The notes: a model not told the origin generated them from the letters alone. 47,368 nucleotides of DNA from an uncultured bacterium (GCA_900313795.1 OMSS01000001.1:1-47368), one strand, 5' to 3'. Positions 1 to 9,340 are shown, counted from the first letter of the stretch. Numbers and translations: made by a program.

Positions 1-70
1 AATGGTGAAATTCGACAATTTATTAAATTTTTTCAAGTAAAAACAAGAATACAGACCTAATACAGACGAT

Positions 71-1126
71 GTGCAAGTGCCGATTGTGACGATAGCAACA
101 TCGGGTAAGATTTTGTATGCAAACACTGCGGCAAATAATCTTTTTGAGATAAATGATGCCAAAGATTCAAATATTACAGACTTGATAAAAGCGGATCTTC
201 CATCAATGATTAACGGTAGTTCAGGCTCTGTTCGCAAGGCTTTCAAGGTCGCTATCGACACAGACAGATATGTCGAAATTTCTTCGAAAGAAAATACTTT
301 TGAGCATTATTTTATTTTGACGTTTAAAGATGTTACAAAAGATTATGTTTTGCTTAACAAATTAATCGAATACCGTACGAATATGGACAATTTGGGCAAA
401 AATAAGAACATGTTTCTTGCTCAAATGGCAAATGTGTTTAATTCACCTGTAAAATCCGTTATAGGCTATTCTAAGGCTATTTTGGAAGGTATGGGCGGTG
501 AGACTGACGAAAAGCAAAGAAAATATTTGAACATCATTTATAAACATTCTGAAGAACTTTATAAATTACTCGATAGGGTTACTGAACTTGCAAAAGTTGA
601 GGCACAACTTGTCAATTTTTCATACAAAAATTATGACATTACAAATCTTTTAAATTCTGTTTACACTGAATATACGGCTAAAACGGCAGAAAAGGGTGTG
701 CAATTTGCGATTAACACGGACAATTTGACCCAAAAGGTTATTTACGGTGACGATATTGTTTTGAAATCAGTAGTTTCATACCTTATTGACAATGCGATTT
801 TGTCTTGTGATTTTGGCACGATTGTTATGGAACTTTCGGATAGAGAGTATCTCGAACGGGGCGAAAAACTTTTGAAAATAAGAATTACAGACCCAAGCAC
901 ACCTGCAAAACAAAGCGAAATGGCAAATTTGTTCAACCCGTATTACCAACCTGATAAGAAAAATCGTACGACACTTATCAAGAGTTTGAATCTTTGTATT
1001 ATTGGCAATTTGGTCGGACAAATGAACGGTCATATTTCAGCAGAGACGGAAACTTCGGGATTTTCAATCGTAATTCCGACGGATAAATTAATTGAGACAA
1101 TGGATTTTGCTTCGAAGGTAAATTAG
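71..1126 (+). CDS. PAS-domain histidine-kinase-like protein with degenerate H-box and ATP lid (probable pseudokinase)
   Basis: 351-aa ORF with GTG start. PAS-like N-terminus 'IVTIATSGKILYANTAANNLFEI'. HisKA-like helix 'FLAQMANVFNSPVKSVIGYS' aligns to the F-x-A-x-M-S-H-E-L-R-T-P-L consensus with Asn in place of the phospho-acceptor His. N-box 'YLIDNAI' is kept, but G1 (DxGxG) reads 'DPSTP' and G2 (GxGLG) reads 'KSLNLC'. Confidence 0.6.
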   Translation: MQVPIVTIATSGKILYANTAANNLFEINDAKDSNITDLIKADLPSMINGSSGSVRKAFKVAIDTDRYVEISSKENTFEHYFILTFKDVTKDYVLLNKLIEYRTNMDNLGKNKNMFLAQMANVFNSPVKSVIGYSKAILEGMGGETDEKQRKYLNIIYKHSEELYKLLDRVTELAKVEAQLVNFSYKNYDITNLLNSVYTEYTAKTAEKGVQFAINTDNLTQKVIYGDDIVLKSVVSYLIDNAILSCDFGTIVMELSDREYLERGEKLLKIRITDPSTPAKQSEMANLFNPYYQPDKKNRTTLIKSLNLCIIGNLVGQMNGHISAETETSGFSIVIPTDKLIETMDFASKVN

Positions 1127-1127
1127 T

Positions 1128-2189
1128 ATGGCAAATGTAATCCTCAAGCACGTTTCCAAACTTTACGACAACAAGAAAAAAGTCATTAACGATGTGTCAC
1201 TTGAAATTCGAGATAAAGAATTTTTGGTACTTGTCGGCTCATCAGGTTGCGGAAAATCCACCGTACTCCGTATGATTGCAGGACTTGAAGAAATTTCTGA
1301 AGGTGAAATTATTATAGGCGACAAGGTCGTAAACAATGTCCACCCGAAGGATAGAGATATTTCTTTCGTTTTTCAAAGTTATGCACTTTATCCTCACATG
1401 AGCGTTTATGATAATATGGCATTCCCTTTGAAAATGCGTGGTTTCAAGAAAGATGAAATTGATAAAAAAGTTCGTGAGGCTGCGGAATTTTTGGATTTGA
1501 AAGAACTTTTGGATAGAAAACCGAAACAACTTTCTGGCGGTCAAAGACAACGTGTTGCTTTAGGTCGTGCGATTGTTCGTGAGCCAATGGTTTTCCTTAT
1601 GGACGAACCGCTTTCGAACCTTGATGCGAAACTTCGTGCAAAAACGAGAGCAGAACTTAAAAAACTTCATGAACAACTTCAGACGACGTTTATATACGTT
1701 ACTCACGACCAAACAGAAGCCCTTACGTTGGGCGATAGGATTGCTGTTATTGATAAAGGGGTAATTCAGCAAGTGGATACTCCTGATGTTATTTATAACT
1801 CTCCTGCAAATGTTTTTGTGGGCGGATTTTTGGGTTCACCGCCGATGAACTTTATCAAAACTGAAATTAATGACGGAAAAATTAATATTAACGGCGTGGA
1901 TTTCGAATTGACGGAAGAGCAAAAAAATAAATTGAACGGAAAAAAAGAAGTTCTTTTAGGTATTCGGGCGGAAAAATTCAACGAGCCTGATGGAACGTTG
2001 AAATTCCCCGCAAAGGTTAGAATTACGGAAATGCTCGGTAGCAAAAAGATTGTTTTTGTTGACTGTAACGGTCGAGAATGTCAGGTTGAAATGCCTGCCG
2101 AAGGAACTTATGACAATGAAGTAAATTTGTCAGTTTCGAACAAAAATATTCTGTTTTTCGACCCAGAAACCGAAGCAAGAATTTATTAG
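1128..2189 (+). CDS. ABC transporter ATP-binding protein, MalK/MsmX/UgpC sugar-importer type
   Basis: Walker A 'GSSGCGKST', Q-loop 'FQSYALYPHMSV', signature 'LSGGQRQRVALGRA', Walker B 'FLMDEPLSNLD', H-loop 'YVTHDQ', and a C-terminal TOBE-like regulatory domain. The ATG lies 1 nt after the stop of the upstream ORF. Confidence 0.9.
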   Translation: MANVILKHVSKLYDNKKKVINDVSLEIRDKEFLVLVGSSGCGKSTVLRMIAGLEEISEGEIIIGDKVVNNVHPKDRDISFVFQSYALYPHMSVYDNMAFPLKMRGFKKDEIDKKVREAAEFLDLKELLDRKPKQLSGGQRQRVALGRAIVREPMVFLMDEPLSNLDAKLRAKTRAELKKLHEQLQTTFIYVTHDQTEALTLGDRIAVIDKGVIQQVDTPDVIYNSPANVFVGGFLGSPPMNFIKTEINDGKININGVDFELTEEQKNKLNGKKEVLLGIRAEKFNEPDGTLKFPAKVRITEMLGSKKIVFVDCNGRECQVEMPAEGTYDNEVNLSVSNKNILFFDPETEARIY

Positions 2190-2200
2190 AGGTAAAAAAT

Positions 2201-3136
2201 ATGGCTTATAAAAGTTGCGAAGATAGTTTGCACACGATATGTTTTATGCCCGAGGGTTTGAGACATTGTATGTATATGATTCCTGAGAATGCACCTCCGG
2301 TTATTCCGATTTTTTCTAATCGACCTGTTGACCCTGAAATGGTGTTCGATTTGAAGTTTGAAATTGAAGAAATGAGAATGGACGGATATTTGCAATCAGA
2401 TTGCGAAAACTGTTTCCGTGCGTGTGTTAAGGACTTTGATAACGAAGATTATATCAACAAAGTTTTGATTTCTCATAAAATAGATTGTAACGCACATTGT
2501 TCGTTCTGTTATAACAAATATGCGGAAAATATTCGATACAATCCGTATAAAATTATGCCGCAATTAGAACAGTTCAAACCGTATTTCAAAAATTGCGAAA
2601 TGCATTTTGGTGGCGGCGAACCGACAATGTGGGACGAATTTGACGATATTGTTGACTTTGCGATAAAAGAAAGATTTAAGAAAATTTTTATTGCAACAAA
2701 CGGTTCAATCTATTCTGAAAAATTGGCTCAAGCAATCAAAATGGGTATGGCAGAACCTGTATTTACAACCGATACGGCTGATGCTGAGTTGTTTGCGAAA
2801 ATGAAGGGTTTGGATTTCAACGAAGTTACTGAAAATATCAAAAAATATCTCGAATGTGACGAAGAAAGAATCGCAGTCCGCAATAAATACCTGATTATTC
2901 CCGACGTAAACGACAACGAAGAATCAATCAGAAAATGGGTTGAATATAATGAAGAATTGGGCATAAAGAACCTCGCTATCGATATTGAGGCTATATTTTT
3001 CAATGAAAATCGTGGTCAAATTGATGAGAAATACAAAAAACTGGTACTTTTTGCAGAAAATTTAATCCTTGAAAAAGGCTTAAAATGCGATTTGTATAGT
3101 TTCGCATCTCAAATGAAATATGACGATAACAAATAA
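2201..3136 (+). CDS. radical SAM protein with an N-terminal Cys-rich extension
   Basis: CxxxCxxC motif 'CNAHCSFCYN', glycine-rich SAM motif 'HFGGGEPT', and an upstream Cys-rich segment 'ICFMPEGLRHCMYM...CENCFRAC'. Good RBS 'gaggtaaaaaatATG'. Confidence 0.75.
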   Translation: MAYKSCEDSLHTICFMPEGLRHCMYMIPENAPPVIPIFSNRPVDPEMVFDLKFEIEEMRMDGYLQSDCENCFRACVKDFDNEDYINKVLISHKIDCNAHCSFCYNKYAENIRYNPYKIMPQLEQFKPYFKNCEMHFGGGEPTMWDEFDDIVDFAIKERFKKIFIATNGSIYSEKLAQAIKMGMAEPVFTTDTADAELFAKMKGLDFNEVTENIKKYLECDEERIAVRNKYLIIPDVNDNEESIRKWVEYNEELGIKNLAIDIEAIFFNENRGQIDEKYKKLVLFAENLILEKGLKCDLYSFASQMKYDDNK

Positions 3137-3163
3137 CCAAAAAGTGGATAAATAAAGGCAAAA

Positions 3164-3197
3164 TAAAAAGGGTTGCGATTGTTCACAACCCTTTTTA
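3164..3197. terminator. bidirectional intrinsic terminator between convergent genes
   Basis: 8-bp stem aagggttg/caaccctt (3168-3175 with 3186-3193), with an A-run 5' and a T-run 3'. Confidence 0.6.
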
Positions 3198-3206
3198 AAT
3201 TTAAGA

Positions 3207-3809
3207 CTAATTCATCGGTATCAATAATTCTTGTCCTGCATAAATCGCATGAGGACTTGCAAGTCCGTTAGCCGCTTGCAATTTTTTCGTATTTTCAGGT
3301 GATGCTTTTCCGTAGAATTTAACCGAAATTGCTTCGAGTGAATCACCTGCTTTAACTTTGTATTTGTCGTTAATGACCGCAGGAGCGTTTACGACTGCTT
3401 CTTCAGCCGTCAAATCGGCAACTGTCGCTTGGTCTGCAACATACTGAGGAGAACCGATTGGTGCAAAAGAACCGTGGTCTTTTTTGACAATTTTTCTTTC
3501 TTGAACAGGAGCAGAAACCGAACCGTCCGTGTTCGAAAACGTTGTGAAACTAAGCATTGCAGTCATTAAGAACATGCTTAATGCTCCTGCTATAAATCCT
3601 GCCAAAATATAAATCCCCGGAGATTTTTCTTCCTTCGGTGTGATTTTGAAATTTTGCCACAAAATATCAAGTTCGTCTTGCTTAGACTGCATTGAATTGT
3701 TTATATTTGCAGATTCTCTTTCAGATTCTTCGTTTAAAGATTTCAATTCTGCCAAAAGAGCCATGCTTTCGCCTGACAGCATTGATCTGTTTAATGTTGA
3801 TGTTTTCAT
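3207..3809 (-). CDS. LysM domain membrane protein
   Basis: C-terminal LysM 'YKVKAGDSLEAISVKFYG...YAGQELLIP' and one TM helix 'GIYILAGFIAGALSMFLMTAMLSF'. I prefer the ATG at 3809 (RBS aagggg upstream) over the TTG at 3860 in the ORF track. Confidence 0.7.
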   Translation of the reverse strand: MKTSTLNRSMLSGESMALLAELKSLNEESERESANINNSMQSKQDELDILWQNFKITPKEEKSPGIYILAGFIAGALSMFLMTAMLSFTTFSNTDGSVSAPVQERKIVKKDHGSFAPIGSPQYVADQATVADLTAEEAVVNAPAVINDKYKVKAGDSLEAISVKFYGKASPENTKKLQAANGLASPHAIYAGQELLIPMN

Positions 3810-3948
3810 AAATTCCCCTTGACTTGCTACTATAATCCAATCAAAATACACCGCTGTCAATGGTTTCGGGCATGATTTCAGTGTAACGTTTTGTAATTTT
3901 GAAAACGCTGATTTTCAAAGCGTTTTCAGCAAGGGCAACTTAACATTA

Positions 3949-5736
3949 CTAAATATCTTCGTCTGGAACTTCTAAAATTCCCTGTTCGTATTCTTTTACA
4001 TCATCATCAGAAACCTCTGTGAAGAGTTGAGGCTCTTCGATGATTTCCGGTTCGTCGTTTTGGTATTTATCTTTAAGTTCTTTTTGAATGTCTGCAAATT
4101 CTTCTTCGCTCAAAAGAGTTGAAACGTCTGCCTTTTCGTCGTAATTGTCAATATCTTCTTTCGGGGTGTCAACTATCTCTTGCGGGGACGTTTCTTCGTC
4201 CTCATCATCTAATTCTAAGATATTTTTTATTTTTGGTTTTGGCAAATCTTGGGCAAAATCGTCTGTTTCGCTTGCCAAAATGCCTTCATTTGCAGAACTT
4301 TCGAGAATATCTTGAAAACTTGGTTCAACAGATTTTTTCACGTTGAAAACATTCTCGTCAATATTGAGTTTTTCTTGATTTTGAGGTTGTTCAATTTCCG
4401 TTGTCGATTCGGTTTCTTCGATTGATTTTCCGAAAAATGTCAGCGGTTCTTCTTTTTGTTGATTTTCAAGTTGTTCTGTTTCGTTAATTTCATTATTTGT
4501 CTCAATTTTAGAGGGTTCACTAATTTGTGAAACGGTAAAATTTTCTTTATTTTCAGGTGCTTCAACAACAGGGAGTGTGAATTTTTTTCGTTTCAATTTT
4601 TTCAATTTTTCTTTTAATTTTTTTCGTTTTGATTCTGATTTTGGAGCATTTGAAACGACCGAATTTGCCTGTCCGGAGATGTAACTGTGTTTGTGACCTT
4701 CTTCTAAAAATTCGCTCAAAAAGCGTTGAGAATTTTCTTGGTTGAAAAATCTTGAAGAATTGCCTGTTGAAACATGATAACCGTTGCTATTTCTGACGAA
4801 AATATCTTTTACGGAGTAATCATTTTGCGAATTTTTGACCATTTCAGAGACTTTTGTTATACAAAAATCACCTTGAATTTTGTTGACGCAAATCACCACG
4901 TCTATTGACGTTGAGGTCATAAAATCGGCATTTTCTTCAAAAAGATTGATGTTTGATAGAAGGAGCATGTTTCTGATTGCGGTCAGAATGTCGACGTCCT
5001 CTTTGAGCGACATTGAGACGACGAAGCCGTTATGCCCTGATATGATTAATTGAAAAATCTGAGTGAGGTCAGAAATTTGTGCATCTGAGTAGAAAATATT
5101 GTCGTAGTTGAGATTTTCGATATCTTTGATGCAACCTTGCGAAAGTTTTATGCTGCAAGGTTTTTCGACAATAATTTTTTCTGTTTTGCCACAAATGATA
5201 TTTCGCTTGTTGTTATCAGAAAGATTGACCATAAAGTTCATCAGGGACGTTTTGTCGACTGATGCATCACCTACGATGAAGATGTTTGCCTGTTGAGCAA
5301 TGCAATCTCGGAAGTAGGCAACCATTTCGCTGCTAACGATTTTTGTTGAAAAATACGTTGCGTAAAGTTGTTTGTTTTTTCTCAAAATGCTTATGAATGG
5401 CTCTTTTTCGACTATTGGTGGTATCAGAATGTTGATGACCGAATTTCCCGGAGTGGAAATAGTTGCTTGCGGATTTTTTTTGTCGATGTAGCAGTCGTAA
5501 AGCCTTGCTATTTTTTCAACTTCGGCAAAATAAGTTTCTTGTGATGAAAATACGAGCGGAATTTTTATTATGCTTCCATTTTTTTCGCCGTAAATTTTGT
5601 CATGAGAGTATGCCGTTATGACGTCAAATTCTTTATGTTCACGGAAAAATGCCAAAAGGTCATAATCTGCACTCATTTTGGCAAAATTGAGAGATTTAAG
5701 TTCTCTGTTTTTTAATAATCTGCTTTTTAGCGACAT
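3949..5736 (-). CDS. CpaF/VirB11-family ATPase homolog with degenerate catalytic motifs and a ~250-aa acidic C-terminal tail
   Basis: 'IFIVGDASVDKTSLMNFM' aligns to the CpaF Walker A GGTGSGKTT (second Gly is Asp). 'NYDNIFYSDAQ' aligns to Walker B RPDRIIVGE (GE is SD). 'ISGHNGFVVSMSL' aligns to the His box TGHxGxxxTxHA (second His lost). 'SIDVVICVNKIQGDFCITKVSEMV' aligns to the CpaF C-terminal block. The tail is D/E-rich with the basic patch 'KRKKLKEKLKKLKRKKF'. Confidence 0.55.
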   Translation of the reverse strand: MSLKSRLLKNRELKSLNFAKMSADYDLLAFFREHKEFDVITAYSHDKIYGEKNGSIIKIPLVFSSQETYFAEVEKIARLYDCYIDKKNPQATISTPGNSVINILIPPIVEKEPFISILRKNKQLYATYFSTKIVSSEMVAYFRDCIAQQANIFIVGDASVDKTSLMNFMVNLSDNNKRNIICGKTEKIIVEKPCSIKLSQGCIKDIENLNYDNIFYSDAQISDLTQIFQLIISGHNGFVVSMSLKEDVDILTAIRNMLLLSNINLFEENADFMTSTSIDVVICVNKIQGDFCITKVSEMVKNSQNDYSVKDIFVRNSNGYHVSTGNSSRFFNQENSQRFLSEFLEEGHKHSYISGQANSVVSNAPKSESKRKKLKEKLKKLKRKKFTLPVVEAPENKENFTVSQISEPSKIETNNEINETEQLENQQKEEPLTFFGKSIEETESTTEIEQPQNQEKLNIDENVFNVKKSVEPSFQDILESSANEGILASETDDFAQDLPKPKIKNILELDDEDEETSPQEIVDTPKEDIDNYDEKADVSTLLSEEEFADIQKELKDKYQNDEPEIIEEPQLFTEVSDDDVKEYEQGILEVPDEDI

Positions 5737-6860
5737 AATTTTCTCGCAACTAAATCGGCAAGTTCACCGAACGAGTAGTAAATGTCTGAGAACGGGTTCG
5801 TTTCTCCAATTGTAATACCTTTATTTATGGCGGAAGAAGAAGTTTGCCAGTCGTTTGGAATAACTGCGAAGATATCTTTTTGCAAAATGTCTGCAACGTC
5901 TTGCTTTTTGCACTCGTCGAATGAGGAATATCTGTTCAGAACAATTTGAGTTTTCTTTTGTAATCCAATATGTTCGAAAAAGTCCAGACAACGCTTGCAG
6001 TTGTTGAGCGTTGGCAAGTTTGATTCTGTTATCAACAAAATCATGTCGGATAAATCCAAAATGTATTTCGTTTTGCCTGTAATCGCTGATGAATTATCGA
6101 TTATGATGTATTTGAATTTTTTGCGTAAAACATTCAACATTTTTACGACATCTTCTTTTGTGATGTTTCTCGAGTAGTCACGATAGGGCGAATCAGCGAT
6201 GACGTAATAATTTGAGTCAGAATATTGTGTCGTTAAGTCTACAACATCTTTTGTTACGTCTAATTTTTCTATCAAAAAACTTAAATCGTATGGCGGAGTA
6301 ATGTCCAAAAAAGTCGTTACGTCGCCTAAAAATAAGTTCATATCAACGATAGCAACCTTTGAGCGTCTGTCTCGTCTTGCAAGTTCGTATCCGAGATTCA
6401 CCGCAACGGTTGTTTTGCCCAAACCGCCTTTATTTGAGAATACAGAAATAACTTTTCCTTGACCAGAAAAATCTTGTTCAGAGGTCATTTTTTCGACAAT
6501 TTCGTTCACTATTTCCAAAAATCTTGTTTTGATAATCGGTTTTGTTATGAAATCTTTTTTGCTTTTGCGTAAAAATCTTACTATATTGTCAGTTTTGAAG
6601 TCGTAAGCGGTTATGATAAATTTGCAATTCTTAAAAGTATCTTCAAGATTATCAATTTCTGTTCCGATTTGTTCAACATTCTCTGAAGCATCGACTATGA
6701 AAAGGTTTAGTGCATTTTCGTCAATCTTTTCTTTCGCTTCTGAAAGCGTGCCGCATTTTTCGAGAGAAAAGTCGTAATTGACCTCTCTCAGGTAATTTTC
6801 AACAATCGAAACCGTAATATTATCTTTGTCTACAATAAAAATTTTCAAACTTCTACTCAT
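5727..6860 (-). CDS. receiver-domain / ParA-MinD-type ATPase (CpaE/TadZ-like)
   Basis: N-terminal CheY-like fold 'KIFIVDKD...LFIVDASE', then the deviant Walker A 'SNKGGLGKTTVAVNLG' typical of ParA/MinD/CpaE. Its 3' end overlaps the start of the next gene by 10 nt. Confidence 0.75.
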   Translation of the reverse strand: MSRSLKIFIVDKDNITVSIVENYLREVNYDFSLEKCGTLSEAKEKIDENALNLFIVDASENVEQIGTEIDNLEDTFKNCKFIITAYDFKTDNIVRFLRKSKKDFITKPIIKTRFLEIVNEIVEKMTSEQDFSGQGKVISVFSNKGGLGKTTVAVNLGYELARRDRRSKVAIVDMNLFLGDVTTFLDITPPYDLSFLIEKLDVTKDVVDLTTQYSDSNYYVIADSPYRDYSRNITKEDVVKMLNVLRKKFKYIIIDNSSAITGKTKYILDLSDMILLITESNLPTLNNCKRCLDFFEHIGLQKKTQIVLNRYSSFDECKKQDVADILQKDIFAVIPNDWQTSSSAINKGITIGETNPFSDIYYSFGELADLVARKLCR

Positions 6861-6926
6861 AGAATTTATTTTACTATATTTTCGCTTTTTTGTTAAGATA
6901 TATTTGAAAAACGGTAGGATAAAATT

Positions 6927-8237
6927 ATGAAAATAACAATTATCGGAGCGGGTCTTGCAGGCTCGGAAGCAGCATTACAAGTCGCAAATGCAGGGTTAGA
7001 GGTCGATTTGTATGAAATGAGACCTGAAACTTCAACAGGTGCACATAAGACAGAAAAATCAGCAGAATTGGTATGCTCAAACAGTTTAGGCTCTTATGAC
7101 GAAACAGTTGCGAGTGGGCTTTTGAAGGCTGAATTGAAGATTTTAACTTCTTATTTGATAAAAACAGCATTTGATTGTAAAGTTCCTGCTGGTGCTGCAC
7201 TTGCGGTCGATAGAGAAGGTTTTTCTCAAACTATTCAGAATATGATTGAAAATCATCCGAAGATTAATTTCATCAGAAAAAAAATCGATAAAATCCCGAA
7301 AGACGAAGTCGTTATTGTGGCTTCAGGGCCTTTGACCTCGTCGGAATTGGCTCAAGATATATTGGATTTGACGGGCGAAAATCAGATGAGATTTTTCGAT
7401 GCGATTGCTCCGATTGTCGAAAAATCGAGCATAAATTTTGATATCGCCTTTTACCAAAATCGTTATGGCAAGGGAACTGACGACTATATAAACTGTCCGA
7501 TGAACAAAGAGCAGTATGAAAAATTTTACAATATCTTGATTAATGCTCCAAAAATTGAACTTAAAAATTTTGAGAAAAAATTTTTTGAATCATGTTTGCC
7601 TGTCGAGGTTCTTGCTTCGAGAGGAACTGATACGTTGCGTTTTGGACCTATGAAGCCTGTTGGTTTGGTAGATAGCAGAACTAACGAGGAAAATTATGCC
7701 GTTGTTCAGTTAAGACAAGATGATAAGGCTGGCGATTTATATAATTTGGTTGGTTTCCAAACTAACTTGAAATGGGGTGCACAAAAAGATCTTATTCACT
7801 CTATTCCAGGACTTGAAAACGCAAATATAGTACGCTATGGTGTTATGCACGCAAATACTTTCATCAATTCACCAAAAATTCTCAATCCAACAATGAATAT
7901 GAGAAAATACCCGAATATCTTTTTTGCTGGTCAACTTACAGGTACTGAAGGCTACACAGAGGCAATAGCCGGTGGGCTTTTGGCTGGTTTAAATGCGGTT
8001 CGATATGCAAAGGGTAAAGAACTTTTGGAATTGCCTGAAACGACCATGCTTGGTGCATTAACGCATTATATAAGTTTCGAAGGACAAGAACATTTTCAAC
8101 CCGTAAATTCGAACTGGGGTATCATCAATAAAGAAGGTATTGACAGAAAAATTCTTAAAAATAAAAAAATAAAAACAGAATTTATGTCAAAACGAGCAAT
8201 AGAAACTCTTTTGAACATTGTGTCAACTATCGCCTGA
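6927..8237 (+). CDS. trmFO: methylenetetrahydrofolate--tRNA-(uracil-5-)-methyltransferase TrmFO
   Basis: FAD fold 'KITIIGAGLAGSEAA', 'LVCSNSLG', 'FAGQLTGTEGYTEAIAGGLLAG'. Length and overall similarity are typical of TrmFO/Gid. Confidence 0.9.
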   Translation: MKITIIGAGLAGSEAALQVANAGLEVDLYEMRPETSTGAHKTEKSAELVCSNSLGSYDETVASGLLKAELKILTSYLIKTAFDCKVPAGAALAVDREGFSQTIQNMIENHPKINFIRKKIDKIPKDEVVIVASGPLTSSELAQDILDLTGENQMRFFDAIAPIVEKSSINFDIAFYQNRYGKGTDDYINCPMNKEQYEKFYNILINAPKIELKNFEKKFFESCLPVEVLASRGTDTLRFGPMKPVGLVDSRTNEENYAVVQLRQDDKAGDLYNLVGFQTNLKWGAQKDLIHSIPGLENANIVRYGVMHANTFINSPKILNPTMNMRKYPNIFFAGQLTGTEGYTEAIAGGLLAGLNAVRYAKGKELLELPETTMLGALTHYISFEGQEHFQPVNSNWGIINKEGIDRKILKNKKIKTEFMSKRAIETLLNIVSTIA

Positions 8238-8252
8238 CAAGAAATAGTATTG

Positions 8253-9299
8253 TCAAGAAACAGTTGACAGAGGTCTTAGTTTTGCGTTAATATTGCAGTT
8301 TGGAGATTTAAAGATATCGTTGTTGATAACTTCAAGATATTTTGGATAATCGGGGTGAGTTGGTTCAAAAATCGCAACTTCATCATACCTTTTATCCAGT
8401 TCAACTTCGCCCCAAGTTCTGTATTCCCAGAAATTTGTAGTTGCACCAAGTTCGTTTGCAAGTTTTTGAAAATCTATCATTTCTTGATAATTGTAAGAAT
8501 TTACAACGAAATTTAGCCAAAAAAAGTCGAGTTTTCCTGATTTTTTCATTTCAGAAATGAATTTTAAATTTTCCATAAGCGTGTCGAAATTTCCGCCACG
8601 AACAATTTTTTCATAAGTTTCTTTGTGTGCTGAGTGCATCGAAACTTCGATGGATTGGACTTTTCCGAGCAAACCAATTTCTTCGAAATTTTTTGCATTT
8701 GCCAATAATCCGTTTGTGATTAAGTCAAATTTTATGTTCGGGTAAGTTGCGGTTATTTTTTTGACAAGTTTTTTGCATAAATTGCTCGCAAAAAGTTCGC
8801 CTGAGCCGTTCAAATAAACTGTTTCTGCGTTTTTTAACAACGGTATCAACGTCTTATCTATATTTTCTTCGTATTTTTTTATCCACTCTGTGTTATGAAT
8901 ACTTTTGTCACGACACATAATGCAGCGAGCGTTGCAGGTTTCATCGATGTTGAAGTGAACCATTTTAGGCAATTCTGTTACTTCTGCACTGTCATAAATC
9001 TTCTCGGAGTTAAAGCGGCCATCTTCTTTAAGATTTCTCGTAATACAAGATTTTAAATCGCAAAATTGATAATTTCCATCGAGAACAGATTGTCTGAAAG
9101 CCTTTGCTTTTTCGCCATTCCAGAGTTCTTCATAACTTTGGTCAAAGATATTTCCGAACGTGTATTTGTTTACGATTGCAGGACAGCACGAGTAAACTTT
9201 TCCGTCTTGAAAGAACATCAAATGTTCGAACGGAACAATACATTGGAGTTTTCTACCCAAATATTTTTCGGCATCTTTTATGATTTCTGTGTTATCCAT
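8253..9299 (-). CDS. radical SAM protein with a SPASM/twitch-like Cys motif at the N-terminus
   Basis: Core 'CNARCIMCRD' lies at about residue 122. It is preceded by 'QDGKVYSCCPAIVNKYTFGNIFDQSYEELWNG...CDLKSC', which resembles the normally C-terminal SPASM signature. Confidence 0.75.
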   Translation of the reverse strand: MDNTEIIKDAEKYLGRKLQCIVPFEHLMFFQDGKVYSCCPAIVNKYTFGNIFDQSYEELWNGEKAKAFRQSVLDGNYQFCDLKSCITRNLKEDGRFNSEKIYDSAEVTELPKMVHFNIDETCNARCIMCRDKSIHNTEWIKKYEENIDKTLIPLLKNAETVYLNGSGELFASNLCKKLVKKITATYPNIKFDLITNGLLANAKNFEEIGLLGKVQSIEVSMHSAHKETYEKIVRGGNFDTLMENLKFISEMKKSGKLDFFWLNFVVNSYNYQEMIDFQKLANELGATTNFWEYRTWGEVELDKRYDEVAIFEPTHPDYPKYLEVINNDIFKSPNCNINAKLRPLSTVS

Positions 9300-9340
9300 A
9301 ACAATCGGATTATACTTTATTTGTTGGGTTTTGGCAAGAT

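Noticed and set aside
1-60. Possible 3' end of an upstream CDS at the left window edge
   Set aside because: Two frames stay open to stops at 38-40 and 58-60. With so little sequence the frame and identity cannot be supported.
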